Shown here: one piece after another, positions 40,059-54,833 of the stretch | Layout: every line of letters starts with the position of its first letter | How positions within the stretch are numbered: position 1 is the first letter of the stretch | Assembly: GCF_902652985.1 (NCBI RefSeq) | Contig: NC_047023.1 | Span: forward strand, 16,058,001 to 16,122,000 | Source of the DNA: Pecten maximus | Taxonomy: Eukaryota | Reading direction: 5' to 3' | Length of the DNA: 64,000 nt | Position numbers and translations under genes: made by a program | The notes under the pieces: generated by a model | Database searches by the model: none | What the model was told of the DNA's origin: nothing | Seen by the model: only the letters and a program-made list of their open reading frames with translations

Positions 40059-40790
40059 TTAATATCCACCAAATACGGAACCCCGTCGTTTCATCCACCT
40101 GTTTCCGTATCCGCGTCCGTAGCCTCCAAGTCCGTATCCCCCGCGACCATAGTAATTTCCGTATCCGTTTCCATATCCATATCCACCACCAAGAAGTCCA
40201 AGACCACTTCCGAATCCATCGTCTAACATTGATCCCAAGCCATAGCCGTAGGAATTCCCTGCAATAAATGTTTTCTGTTTGTAAAGCTGAATATGCAAAC
40301 AACAAAAATGTCACACTTAACAACCTTGGAAATAAGGTTGACTCGAAACTTTTAAGCAATAGACACCCAGCAGGGAACATATCTCTACATAAACGGTCTT
40401 GAAAATAAGCCATTAGGTGTAACCAGGTTGTAGGGCTGTTTTGTGATAAACAGAGGTCGGCATCATATACAAGCCGCGTAAATTATGTTTTTGCATCTTA
40501 AAAATGTGAAAAGGTCAGCCGGTTTCTCACATAAGCCATTTATTTTCTACAGATTATGGGATACGAATAAAATACATACACACATAATTGTCACTTTGTT
40601 TCCTAGTGAATATTGAATAGTTTTTACCCAAAATTATAAAAAAAAAATGACTGCTGGTTATGTTATGTATAAGTTGTGTAGTGTATAATATGTGAATGTA
40701 ATTGATGCGTGAACATCCACTGCACTCACCATAATAAGTGCAGAGCCCACTAGCCACGAGGCAGGACAGGAGAAACAATACCTTCAGCAT
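40059..40790 (-). CDS. Gene 5: secreted Gly/Tyr-rich protein, 86 aa, complement(join(40059..40258,40730..40790))
   Basis: Intact ORF with the variant RWMKRR. Exon 1 ~41360-41319; TATA 41384-41391; 3' exon from 39474; AATAAA 39412-39407. Confidence 0.93.
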
Positions 40791-43700
40791 GGTGTAGACT
40801 GGGTAGTGACTGAAAGACAAAAATGTTATTATATAATAACAAATGTAAAATATCTTATTTTTTCTACAACAAGCCGTATCTCTATTCAATTACAGCGTCA
40901 TTCCATGACTCTTATCTAATTAAAACACCAAAGCACAAAAACATTTAGACCTAACGGAGGCGAAGAAATAACTTAGTGGATAGCAATAGGCTATAATCAT
41001 CAACGGATATACAAGTAAAAGCATAAATAGGAAACATAACAAAGCAAAGCAAAGAGTCGTATGCTGATAATGTATAGTGTCGGTTACAATGTTATAACAG
41101 TAAGATGAAAATACTGGACAATATGAACTGATAACAGCAATGATCAAACAAAATATATCGTCAGAATGCGGATAGATTAACTCCAATTGGAACAGAATGC
41201 AACCTAAATATAGAGACGAAATTCGATATGTTTAAACGAAATATGAGGACAAAATTCAAATGCAATTAATAAATAACAGAAAGATATTTTCATTAACATA
41301 CTATAAACAATGACTTACCTAGACGTCGGTACGATTCGGTGTCGAGTAAATATTGAGAATGGTTCGGGAATGGTTCTCCTCCATATTTATACAAGATACA
41401 CAAGGAAATCAGGAAATGTTTCTCAAATGCGATTCGATAAAACGACAAAAGCTCACAATAATGTTGACGAATGACCGGTGACGATTATGACTCATCCATA
41501 CTACTTGTGACCTGTGTCCAATAAGGTGTATTAGTAATATCAACAGTATTCAACCTGGGGCTATTTAGGCTACTACGCAACTGTCATGGAGATGTGAATG
41601 AAATGCTTACAAGTAACGCAGTCATGTTTGGAAACCAATCATAGAAAGGTGTTGATTAGACATATATGTATGTACTGTTAAAAAGAATAACAAAGAATGC
41701 ATTCTTGTTATCAAAACCGTAGGTCTGTCACATCTTATTCGACGAAATACATATAGACAGGAAATTACAATGGATCCAATCAATGTCAAATAATAAATCA
41801 TAAACTACGTGTTGTCATATGTTAACTCGTTAGTTCCACTTAGTCATTATGGTAAGTTGTAAGCAAACTCTAAAATTTACTATTTCTTTTGTTTTTACAA
41901 TCGAACAAATTTTCACATTAATAAAATGATAGTATGGACCATTTCATGCGTTATAGACATGTTTAAATATTGATGCATTGTAAAAGAAAGAGCAAATCTT
42001 GCAAAATCAAAAATTCTCAAGCTTCACCTAAATATGATTTTTTATCCAAAACAAGTATATACAGTATTTCAGAAATTGTCTCAAAATTTCTCTATATAGT
42101 AAATGATAGTTAAATTGCATATGCAATAAAGTTCAGAATTACAGCATTCCTAACTTATAGAGTCGCTGGACCGTACATTTTCGGTTTTACTCTATGAGTG
42201 ATTGCGCGTTGAGATATCCAATAATGATGTAACTATCTTCCAAAGTTGGTCAAAGTTGAAGATATACATTTTGAGTAACAGATCTAAACGCAAAACTTTA
42301 AAATAAAATGTTTACGACGACACCACCATGTTTGTCGCTGTCGCCGCTTTCGCGACTTTTCTTCAAAGTTTAGACAGTAAAACTGCATAATACTTATGTT
42401 CCATCATCATATATCTTAAATCAGTTATGCAAATGGAAAAAAGCGTGGGAATCAAAAAAAAAGTATTCCACAGAAATCTGTCTCAAATACTAACTTTATA
42501 AGCTGCTATTTATATAATCTAGCATGGGTCTGTTCAATGAACAGGGATAACTCAACCCGAATGTAAGAGTTTAGCCAGTCAGATCAAGGCTTGACGAGTG
42601 CTGACGAGCCAAACTCTTACACGAGGGTTGATATATCACTGTTTGTGGAACAGACCCATTTTTGTTTATTTTTCTCACATGCTTGAAAGCAAATTTTTTA
42701 TGAAAGTATTGCATCGCGCCATCTACAATGCTCCTTTTAATATGCGTCAAAATTGATGACGTCATCATTTACGACATGGCGTAAAATGATGACGTTACGT
42801 TATTATTTACCCCCTGTGTGGGATGGATTTATCTTTTCCCTAGCACACACGTATGTGAGAAAGACTATAACTCTATATAATTCAATGAAAATGGCGATCA
42901 GTTTAAATATGTTTCACATCACATCAAATGGTTATGTATTTTTAAACTGTGTGTCACTATCCGTAAGAATCTAGATATGGCATTTAGGGTGTGACAACAA
43001 GTCTCTGGAACTAAAAGGATTTTATCAAAGTTAACAAAAACGAGGAAAAGGTATAACAAAATGATTTACTCGGCGGTACTTGCTAAAACTATCAGGGGAA
43101 CAAGACTCGATGTTCCGAATATCATTTCAAAATATATATGATGATTGATAAGACTTACCATACTGAGCAGGTTATACTCAAGGACAATGACAGGATATAA
43201 GTACAATTCCCCAATAACAAATGTTCCCTTTGGAGATAGTAACATCCCTGCTTCCCATACATACGATACATTTGTATTTATATGTTCCAGATGCCATATT
43301 TCCTTGCGCGATATTAAGTGTTTGATACTTGTTAGTATACCTACTGATTACGTTGTCACAGCACTGGTTTTCATTTTACGAACGTTACTTAACGAAGATT
43401 TAACCTAGCTTTGCATGGAGGGTGCCGTCGACGAGCCAAAAGATTCTTACCCGTATGTCGGGATTATTTTTTTTATAATGATACTTGATAATAACAACGA
43501 TTGGTTTAATGTATAGAAGCAGTTGTCTGTGTTACTGTTCCGACGTCACTTGCATAGTGTTCTGACTTATGGAATATGTGGTAGCACGCCACAGAATGAC
43601 TGGCTATCCATGGGTGATTTTCTTTAAGCAAATAACTCCTGTATTATGATATGCATAAAAAATGAAAAAAATAAATGCACACTATAATTGGTATATTCAT

Positions 43701-44397
43701 TATGAAGTAGTGCATATAGTCTTCACATTTGTTAAAACTAAAATAACAAAATTGGTTCCGGACTTTCCGAAAGTGTGTTTACACAGGAAATTCGGTTTTG
43801 CCTACAACGAAAAATGGAGGCTCATATAATCAAGGTAAGATTGCGGGAAAACTTAATCTACAACATATGTCAAAACAAGATTAATTTTGTCTTTGGGATA
43901 GATCTTTAATTTCAATTAGGTTTCAGAAAAAAAATCGTGAAGAGAATTGTCATTTTGGGTCAAACATAAAATTTTGCAATTTTTAAGTTATTTTTAAGTT
44001 GTTACCGTGGTATTCTAGGCTGTTTAAAAATTGCAAATAGTGTATAGATTACAAATATATATACTTAATTAGAGGTAATATGTTAGGTTAACTGGCAATA
44101 TTTAAATATCTAAGCATGTGTTATATTTTTCAGAATTGGGCATTTTTACTGTACACTGCTACTGTGCAGATATGGGTTTTTTTTATCAGAGTCGTATGAT
44201 AATCTTACATTGCAATGGACATTACCGTCTATGTTATCAAGTTACCATTTACATTTTAATTTCCTCATCCGCCCCTAGCTATAGAAATAAGAGACATAGC
44301 CCTTTAACTTTGAAAATGTTGGCATTTGATAGGGTTGTGTGATTGGTATTGACCTGAAGAGTAATAGATATTGTGTTGAAAAATAAAGAATGAATTA

Positions 44398-45418
44398 CAG
44401 TCAAACCTCGATGATTCGAACTTCGTCGATTCGAATTTCTCGCTGTATCGAACTTTTTGCTTGGTCCCGAATTTCCTTACTATATAACGCTACTAACGAA
44501 CCTATGCATGATTCGAATTTTTATAAATCGAAGTTTTCGATATATCGAACTTTTTTCATGGCCCGTTAGCTATGATGTCATAGGTAATTGACATCTCATG
44601 ATTCCAACAAAAGTTTACCTGTACTGACCACTGGACAGGTGTTGGTCGTGACCCCCGCGGCAAGATTTCACACTTCTCCCCTAGATGCCCTGACTGACAA
44701 TAGGGATAACGATAGCGTGTGTTGTCACTCCCTATCATGGGGTTGATTAATATATAATCAGACCAAATTGATAGATAAAAGGTGTATTTAGAAGCCATGA
44801 CATTTAATCACTCCGGTAAAACATTTCGGTAGTCGTCTCTGATAATCTTCGCCGCCATTGAAATCAGCGGTCGGTGAGTAAATTTTACGGAACTATAAAA
44901 CAAGCGGACCAATTTTAAACACAAACAATTAGCGATGTCTTCACTCATAAGTGTCACATTGCAAACTTATACATAAATATCCAAGTAAATCGATTATTTG
45001 TCATTCAATCATGCATTCTCCAACCGATCGGCATTCCGTATTTTATATGCAAAAGTAACCGCACGTGTCTTTAGCAGAAAAGCCTAACGACTTACGTAAG
45101 TGTGCATTGTACTTCTTTTGCTTTCTCTGTTAAACGCGATATAAGTGTTTTGTAACCGATACATAGTTTGTTTAATAATAAAATGCTTAGGTATAATTAA
45201 TGAAAAGTATTTTCATTTTGTTGTGTTTGAGGTATAAATTAACTTTTGAGCCTGACAGGCGACGATCCTCACGAAGACACCGAGGACATGTAACGTTAAC
45301 ATATATGGTCATTATCAAGAAAACATCGATCTATTGTCACCCATGAATAATTCGAAGTCCCGCTGTTTCGAAGTTTTTCTGTTAGTCCCTTGAACTTCGA
45401 AACATCGAATTTTGACTG
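44398..45418. mobile_element. 1021-bp non-autonomous Tc1/mariner-superfamily (pogo/Tigger-like) element with TA TSD
   Basis: TA|CAGTCAAACCTCGATGATTCGAA ... TTCGAAACATCGAATTTTGACTG|TA. The empty site TGAATTATTTACAAT is at ~23201. Confidence 0.9.
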
Positions 45419-46964
45419 TATTTACAATATATTGTTTTTCATTTATTTTATTAGTATTTACGCCACTTTCAGCTGTATTTTTTTCAGATTTACTGGTGAA
45501 AGAAACCATAAACTAGGGGAAGAACTGACACGTGACATGTATCTTTAAATATTTAAAATTCTATATCAAACCTATAACAAATGTGAGCTCTTAATAGTTT
45601 GTTTAGAAATTGTCAGACATGTTACGGTCCCACAACCTTGCCAACAGATGTGCGAATATCGTTGAAGGGCCATAACTCGTAAAACCTTATTTGCAGAAAC
45701 TATTTTAAGGTATGCGATAATGTCCAATTGAGGGATTGATAAGATTAAATAGAAAATCATCACGAAAGTTTAGGAAATAAGAATACCAAAAGCATATGTG
45801 TCAACATTCTGAGTCATATCGGGTTATAATTTTCATAAAACTTTACACGGCAACAATTTTTTGCTACATGCCCTGTCATACTGATGAAGCATGTGAAATC
45901 GCAAAGTTTTTCGTTGAAAACTGTAACACAAGTTACACTCACCACAAATTGCGAATGATGGAACGTATGACCTAACCAGCGCAATAACATAATACACACT
46001 GGTACATGTATCACATTTCATTCCATTTTCAAAGAAGAGTAGCATTTTCTTGATGTTCGCCATATAGTTTTGTTTCGAGATTTTGTTTGGTATTCAAGAA
46101 GACTTTAAATTTGTTAAGAAATTGTGAGACTATTGTGGGGGTCACATCAAATTGTAAACATGTGCGAATATTCAGAAAGAACCATACCTTGTTTGGTATT
46201 TTAGCCATTGACTGATGGGAGGATTCAACCATGCCTGACGGACGTAACTTTTGGTTTGGTGAAGATGTTCCGGGGCGAAGTATTCAGTATCTTTTTTGTG
46301 AGAGTTTGCATATATATATATATATATTGTTAAATTGTATTGACATCCAGATTCATATCAATGTTATTTCCAATTATCCAGTGTCTCTGACAAATCATAT
46401 ATATATTAAATGACGTGGAATCCGGTTCAGCTCATCTGAATTTCCCTATGCTTACAACTAAACTTTGTTGATACAAACAGGATTTTTCTATTTTGTTTCC
46501 GTCGTTGAATTAGGAGAATTCATCAGCATAAAAACCCTAAGGGCAATAACACAGATGATTATTTTAAATGTACACCTTTAAAAAAAAATTTCGGCGTCCT
46601 CATAGAGACAATGACTTTTTTCAGATATTAAAAATGACATTAATGTATATTTTCTTTCTATGTATTCCATTGTAAAATATCGGTTAAAAGCATTATACAT
46701 GTTACTCGCAACTCTCCACAATCATTCTTCACAAGGAATCCGTCGCAGTAATCATTATATGTATCTTCTGATAATTAACTTCATATGTAATTAGGTATTA
46801 AATTTATCACAATTCGCAATGACAGTAAAAAAAGACATTTGTTCCCTTATAAGTTAATAGTCATGTAAATTGTATACAAATTGCACTTTAGAATAAAACT
46901 TGTCATTTTAGGACATCTAATAACATAGCAAGGAAGTTCATTGATAAAGTTCTCGTTTTAAATA

Positions 46965-47223
46965 ATTTTTTTTTAGCTTTCAAAATTTTTTATTTTCTTC
47001 CATACATATGCACACACGTAGCAATACATAATATTGGTGTATATTTAATTGCAACAATTACACTTTTTCATACGCTTAATAAAAAATTCGCTCATCAATA
47101 CATGAAGTATACCTCAGATGCAGTTTCGTCCCAATACATTAAATCGTGCAATCGTATAAAATGAAAGTGTTCATCACGATATCATATTATCTCATTGTGT
47201 AATGTGGCTGATAGAACATGCTC

Positions 47224-47258
<35 letters not shown>

Positions 47259-49823
47259 ATTGTGCTGCTATAGCTATTTGTGGTATACCTCAGGTAAGGA
47301 TATTGCCATATTAGTTCAGAAGAAAACTTTTTATACATGTAGATATACAAAAAAAAAAAAAAAAAACATACATAAAGACTTCTTACATGCACAGACTCAT
47401 ACTTTAACAGTAATAGAGTTCTAAAAGTAACAATAACAAGTTTTTCTTTTTTTGATTTGTTACGTTACAAGTGCTTTCAAATCAACCCATCGTTTTTCAA
47501 ATTTTTGGACATGATTTTTATACTTTTGCTTGTATATGTGCAATTTTGCTAAAACAATAATTAAGTTTATGTTGTTTATTTCGTTGTCCGTTTTCCCAAG
47601 GATAACATCTGAATTAATCAAACTCAGAGTTTTCCCGGTTTTGTTTTCTACCCATGTGGTGAATTCTTGCCAAAATTTTGTAACAAGAGTACATTCCCAA
47701 AACAAGTGGATTATTGATTCTATATTTGCTTTACAAAATGAGCATACAGGCGAGTTAATTACACCTATCATACGCAGGTATTTGTTTGTGCTAATGATTC
47801 TGTGAGTAATTCGGTATTGGAACCATTGAAGTGTTGAGTCCGAGGTTAACTTAAATATTATAAAGTTAATCTTTTCCCACCAATATTGATTTTGATGTAT
47901 ATCAAGTTCAAGTGACCATTTGACTTTGTATTTATCATTTGTAGATAAATCTTTAATAAAAAGATTATATATCGAGAGTCCTCGTTGTTTATTTGTTAAG
48001 ATGTGATAAATGTACTTTTGACCATGTGGAAGTATAATAGTGGAATTATAATTTCTCAGAAAAGGCCATTTAGACAGAATGGTATTCCTGATGCCATAAA
48101 ACTGAGTTAGTATTGGTGAAAAAGAAACTTTTTCGCAAAATTCTTCATAGTTTTCAATTAATTTACCTTGGTCATTACATAAGTCATACACATAACATAT
48201 CCCTTTTCGTGACCATTGTTTAAAATGTAAGGTCTTGTTATCAATCTTTATTTCTGGATTGTGCCACAAGGGACGATACAAAACACTTTCTTCGTTGCAT
48301 GGAAGGTACAAAAAACAATGTATATTTTCAAGGACTTCTTTCCAGAACAGATTTTTAATAGATTTCGACTTTTTTCTCCAATAGTCCGCCCCATATGAAA
48401 TAATAGTAAATTTTGATTCGCCAATCACTTCTTCAAAAAGGTAGGTCCATGAATTCTCATTTGTTAACAGGCGTTTTATCCAGGATAGTTTCATGGATTT
48501 AATGAAAGCATCAATTTGAACCATTTTAAGACCGCCATCTTTGTAATTTTGAACTATCAGGTTTCTCGAGATTCTGTCGTTTTTCCTGCCCCATATAAAA
48601 TTGTATAAAAGTCTTTCTAGGATTTTTACAAAGTCCTTATCAGGTCTTGGAATACTTATAAATAAATGTGTTAATTTAGAAAGAATGATGCTTTTAACAA
48701 CTGTAATTCTACCTATTGGACTAAGACACCTCTTTGACCATATGTGAATGAGAGTTTTAATTTCTTTAAGTTTGTCACAGTAATTCAAGTCAGCAAGCTC
48801 TGACAGATTCGGACTAAATTTCACTCCTAGGAAAGTGAATGGTTCATTTGACCAAGAAAGGTTATTATTAGCACATATCCTATCCGTACTTAATTTTTTA
48901 GTTCCAAACCATATACACTTTGTTTTTTCGATGTTGGGTTTTAACCCAGAGTATTTGGCGTATTGAGTAAGAAGATCTAAAGTTTTCTTGAGTGCTTTGT
49001 CTGAGCCATCTAATGTGAGACCAGTATCATCAGCATACTGCGATAACTTGAATTCTTTATTACCGACTTTGATGCCTTTTATGTCTTTATCATTTCTTAT
49101 TAATATGCCAAGTATCTCCACACACATAATAAAAAGATAGGGTGACAGCGGATCGCCTTGTCTACATCCTCTACCAATATTAAAAAATTGAGAGAAAAAA
49201 CCATGTTGTGTAACACATAAAGATGCCTTTTGGAATAAAGTATGGATAACATTTTTGAGATAATTACCAAAGTTAAAGTATGTTAAAACCTTTGTTATGA
49301 AGTTCCATGAAATAGAGTCGAAGGCCTTTTCGAAATCTATTAATAATAATAAACCAGGTATCTCCTTCTCTTCTGCATATTGCATTAAGTCATAAATTTG
49401 TCTAACATTTTCACCAATAAATCTACCTTTTAAAAAAACCCTTTGATTTTCATGTATTATACTGTTTAAAACATCTTTTAATCGATAAGCAACTGCATTA
49501 GAGAGTATTTTATAGGAAACATTAAGAAGAGATATTGGTCTCCAATTTTTTAGGAGTTCTCTAGGTTTATTACCCTTAGGTAGTAGAGATACAACACCTT
49601 GTTTTTGTGTAAGTGATAACTCGCCTTTTTGAATACCCATAGTTAAGGAGTTCGTGATAAAAAGCTTGAGATCAATCCAAAAGAACTTATAGAATTATGT
49701 TGTAAACCCATCTGGGCCGGGACTTTTGCCATTTTTAAGACATTTAACTGAATGAGCTAGTTCTTTCATGGTAATTGGTCGATCTAACTCTGATTTAGTT
49801 TCATTGTCTATTTTAGGCACTTC
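46965..49823 (-). mobile_element. 5'-truncated L1/Tx1-clade LINE
   Basis: RT ORF plus ~500-bp 3' UTR ending in an A-rich tail. The endonuclease and ORF1 are missing, and there is an in-frame TAA at 49697-49695. It is absent from paralogous units. Confidence 0.92.
47460..49640 (-). pseudogene. LINE ORF2 fragment: reverse transcriptase plus C-terminal zinc knuckle (726 aa open)
   Basis: Motifs NWRPISLLN, IDFEKAFD, RQGDPLSPYLF, QYADD, YLG-like FLGV and CSFC..ESIIHLFWEC. Upstream KSPGPDGFTT*FYKFFW is in the same frame. Confidence 0.92.
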
Positions 49824-51180
49824 ATCGGTTAAAAGCATTATACATGTTACTCGCAACTCTCCACAATCATTCTTCACAAGGAATCCGTCGCAGTAATCAT
49901 TATATGTATCTTCTGATAATTAACTTCATATGTAATTAGGTATTAAATTTATCACAATTCGCAATGACAGTAAAAAAAGACATTTGTTCCCTTATAAGTT
50001 AATAGTAATGTAAAGTTGTATACAAATTGCACTTTAGAACAAAAATTTGTCATTTTAGGACATCTAATAACATAGCAAGGAAGTTCATTGATAAAGTTCT
50101 CGTTTTAAATATTGATACTACTTTATTTCTGTAACATCAAGAAGTAGTCAATATCATAACACTTCATGAACAAGCTTGTAACGTCGTGGGGTCAAAAAAC
50201 CAATCAAGTGAAAATACTTTTCAAACGTTGGCGTCATTTTAAAATGTACAACTGGTATGAGGAAACAATCAGTTTGTGCGATCATGCTATGATATCTCAA
50301 CCATTTGAGATTAGTTTAAATCATAATTTGAATCTGGTAACGATAATCAAAACACAGAGTCAAGTCTACGCGGCAGGGAGGGGTCTGTGTGTCATACTAA
50401 TTATCCAGCACTTAACGAATATCACCTCTAGAATTTTTCTGGTAGAAACATTTTCTTCTGTGCATTATTTTGACTATTCTGACTTTATATACAAATAAAA
50501 ACCATATTTCATTTATTAAAAACATTTTATTAAGTGAACACAATTTTTGGCAATAAATTAAATGGTTAAAGCATGAAGGAGAGTGTGATGAATCTGCAAA
50601 AAAAAAGAAACACATTTAATACAATTGTCAATGATATCATCTATAATATCTATAATTACCAATATATGTTTCTATCAGTTACTGTCTGTCCATATTTCTG
50701 ACTACGGGCAATTTTTTCTTTCGTGGTTATATTTAACACTATATAGATAAGAACTGACAAAACTCAATTGATAAGCAATACGGTTGATGCTCCTAACTTT
50801 CGAACTTTTAACATTTTCAGTGCAATTTGTCTTAAAATAATGCAATTTTATCATCATTATGAAGCATTTACTGCATTGATTATTATTTTATGTGAAAAAT
50901 ATTAAATTTCTATTTGATGATGCTTGATTGGTCTATTTTAAAAGCTTAGATTTACCACTTAATGACAACTTCTTTGTGTAAATTAGGAGAATATGTTACA
51001 ATGTCAAATTAGGTAATAAACAGACAATGCCTTCGAGCTTTACCTAGAAATATTTTATTTGCTGATTTACATACTCATTTGATTCTGAGTTATCTATACT
51101 CATTACTCCATACCAAACATATCGACAACAAGGTCAAAAAAGCAAATCTAAAACACTTCGAACTTTACCTGGAAAACGTT

Positions 51181-51886
51181 TTAATATCCACCAAATACGG
51201 AACTCCGTCGTCTCATCCACCTGTTTCCGTATCCGCGTCCGTGGCCTCCAAGTCCGTACCCCCCGCGACCATAGTAATTTCCGTATCCGTTTCCATATCC
51301 ATATCCACCACCAAGAAGTCCAAGACCACTTCCGAATCCATTGTCTAACATTGATCCCAACCCATAGCCGTAGGAATTCCCTGCAATAAATGTTTTCTGT
51401 TTGTAAAGCTGAATATGCAAACAACAAAAATGTCACACTTAACAACCTTGGAAATAAGGTTGACTCGAAACTTTTAAGCAATAGACACCCAGCAGGGAAT
51501 ATATCTCATCAAGTGTAACCAGGTTGTAGGGCTGTTTTGTGATAAACAGAGGTCGGCATCATATACAAGCCTCGTAAATTATGTATTTGCATCTTAAAAA
51601 TGTGAAAAGGTCAGTCGGTTCCTCACATAAGCCATTATTTTCTACAGATTATGGGATACGAATAAAATGCATACACACATAATTGTCACTTTGTTTCCTA
51701 GTGAATATTGAATGGTTTTTACCCAAAATTATCAAAAAAAAATGACTGCTGGTTATGTTATGTATAAGTTGTGTAGTGTATAATATGTGAATGTATGTTG
51801 ATGCGTGAACATCCACTGCACTCACCATAATAAGTACAGAGCCCGCTAGCGACGAGGCAGGACAGGAGAAACAATACCTTCAGCAT
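51181..51886 (-). CDS. Gene 6: secreted Gly/Tyr-rich protein, 86 aa, complement(join(51181..51380,51826..51886))
   Basis: Intact ORF with variants LDNG, GGHG and RRRSS. Exon 1 ~52462-52421; TATA 52486-52493; 3' exon from 50593; AATAAA 50531-50526. Confidence 0.93.
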
Positions 51887-54049
51887 GGTGTAGACTTGGT
51901 AGTGACTGAAAGACAAAAATGTTATTATATAATAACAAAATGTAAAATATCTTATTTTGTCTACAACAAGCCGTATCTCTATTCAATTACAGCGTCATTC
52001 CATGACTCTTATCTAATTAAAACACAAAAGCACAAAAACATTTAGAGCTAACGGAGGCGAAGAAATAACTTAATACACTATCAATACGCTATAATCATCA
52101 ACGGATATACAAGTAAAAGCATATATAGGAAACACAACAAAGAGAAGCAAAGAGTCGTATGCTGATAATGTATAGTTCGGTTACAATGTAAAAACAGTAA
52201 GATGAAAATACTAGACAATATGAACTGATAACAGCAATGATCAAACGAAATATATCGTCAGAATGCGGATAGATTAACTCCAATTGGAACAGAATGCCTA
52301 TTAAACTAAATATAGAGTCGAAATTCGATATGGTTAAACGAAATATGAGGACAAAATTCAAATGCCATTAATAAATAACAGAAAGATATATTCGCTAACA
52401 TACTATAAACAATGACTTACCTAGACGTCGGTACGATTCGGTGTCCAGTAAATATTGAGAATGGTTCGGGGATGGTTCTCCTCCATATTTATACAAGTTG
52501 CACAAGGAAATCAGGAAATGTTTCTCAAATGCGATTCGATAAAACGACAAAAGCTCGCAATAATGTTGACGAATGACCGGTGACGATTATGACGCATCCA
52601 TACTACCTGTGACCTGTGTCCGGTGTATTAGTAAGAACCAGTTATCAACCTGGGGCCATTTAGGCAACTACGCAACTGTCATGGAGATGTGAATGAAATA
52701 CGTACATGCAAATGCAACTTATATTTGGAAACCAATCATAGACGAGTGTTGATATGACATAAATGTATGTACTATTTAAAAATGATAATAACAGAGAATA
52801 CATTATTGTTATCGAACCAATGGGTCTGGCTCAACTAATAGGATGAAATACATACAGGCAGGAAATAGAACGTCCTCAATGGATCCAATTAATTACTAAT
52901 AATAGTGTTGGTATATATTACGTCGCTAGTTTCACAGTGTCAACATTGTTTTAAGTTTTAAGCTCCACAATTCACTATTTCATGAATTCCCAAAAGCAAC
53001 CAAGCATTTACATAAATAAAATGATAGTACAGACCCTGTATGTTTGATACACAAGTTTAATAATTATAATTGATGCATTGCAAAATCACTAATTCTCAAA
53101 ATTCATCTAAATATGACATTCTCATCCAAAACAAATATATACCTGTATGTAGAGTATTACAGAAAGTGTACCAAAATTAGTCTACAAGCTAATTTATAAG
53201 TCCATTTGAGATGTAATAAAGATAACAAAAAACAAAGAAATCTCAAAACCTAAGTTCAGATTCTTAGCATTGCCTGATTTCCATAGTCACTGGACAATGC
53301 ATGTGTCTAAACGTCCAATATGTGGTCTAACTATATACCGAATGGTTAAAGTGGAACATTCACGTTTTGAGAAATGGATCAAAACAAAAAAACTTTAAAC
53401 TTTAAAATGACGATGCAGTCGCCACCGGAAAAGTACCACCATAGTGTCGCTCAAGCGTCTCAAACGTATCAGAAAGGATTTTTCATCAAAGCTGACAAAA
53501 ACGAAGACAAAATTTAACTTCAGCGATACCTGGTAAAATTATCAGCATATTAAGACTAGATGTTCCAAAAATAATAGTTAAATAAATACGATAATTAATT
53601 ATGCTTACCATACTGAACAGGTTCTACCCAAAGACAAAGACACGATATAATTACACTTTCATAATAATAAATTTTCCATTTCTGGATAATAACACCCCTG
53701 CTTTCCTTACCTATGGTGTTTATACCCCCAGTATGTCCCAAATGCCATATTACCTTGTTGGTATGCCTAGTGGTCCCCTTATCACCATCAAAGTAATCAT
53801 GTTAAGAATGTGACTGAACCCATATTTGACCCAGATTTTTATTGCCGGATGCCTTCAAGGATGTAAAAAACCATTTCAAATCTTTATTGGTCTCCATGAA
53901 CATTTGTATTTTGTTCATATTTGTCCAGCTTCATCGCCATCTGAGTGTATGTATACACTAGTGTGTCCTATGTTACTAACACCGAATTCAGTTTGCAGGC
54001 GTGATTTTTTTACTTAGATTAACAGAACGGTCATTGTTCACCTTATTCA

Positions 54050-54508
54050 AGAGACCAACCAACCAATTGTTTTCCCATAGACTTTAGTGTTAACGTTTTG
54101 GAGTATTTCATTCAAATTCTTGAATTCAATATGACAATTATGGTTTATAACAAAAGTTTAGGGTCTGATATAACACCTAACCAAAAAAAGGTGGGTCCTT
54201 CAGCTCAAATTTTCTCCAGGGTAGCCATTTTGAAAATGGGTGAATTTCGCAGTAAAAATTCTCAAAAAATCTTAAATTTTTACCTGTTAATTATTATTAT
54301 CTGAACTTTTGGGAAACAAATCAATCGGACTTACGAAATTAATATCAACATTTCTTATTGATTGTTACCTATCAGGCTACATATCTATTTTCTCGCTTCA
54401 TAACATACTGACCAATCAGTGGCTGCCAGACATTTTGTCCTTGGCTCAACTTTCTATACACAGGGGCTGTTTCAAAAATCTATTTTTTCAATTGGTTGGT
54501 TGTTCCCT
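54050..54508. mobile_element. Second copy (inverted) of the ~460-bp MITE at 4793-5254
   Basis: AGAGACCAACCAACCAATTG ... CAATTGGTTGGTTGTTCCCT. The body is the reverse complement of the first copy. Confidence 0.8.
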
Positions 54509-54833
54509 AAAAGGATCGCCGAATATATTGTGACCTTTATGCCTTTGTTTTATTGATTTTTAGTCACGGTTTCCATTATATTTAAGTACTCTGCTGCTGT
54601 CTTTAGAATAAATTTACAAAAAAAAAAACCTTTATGTTTCCGTATTTAAATGCTTGGCGTTCTTTGAGGGAATTTTCCTGAAGTGGAAGCGTCTGACTTA
54701 TATTTAGAGTTTATGAGGATTTTTGTATTCTTTAGTCTTTATTACTATAGAATTATGGTCTTCATTTGCAATACACAATACCGTCTTAGTAATTAAGTTA
54801 CAATTTGCAATTTACTTTTCCCTAAGTCGCCTC

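Larger units (their letters stand above)
17204..52800. repeat. Tandem segmental duplication, ~6.5-7 kb core unit (one gene plus spacer)
   Basis: Exon-1 donors at 17204, 27756, 34205, 41319 and 52421, and more divergently 59660. Spacers are alignable over kilobases, and period differences are explained by insertions and deletions. Confidence 0.95.
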
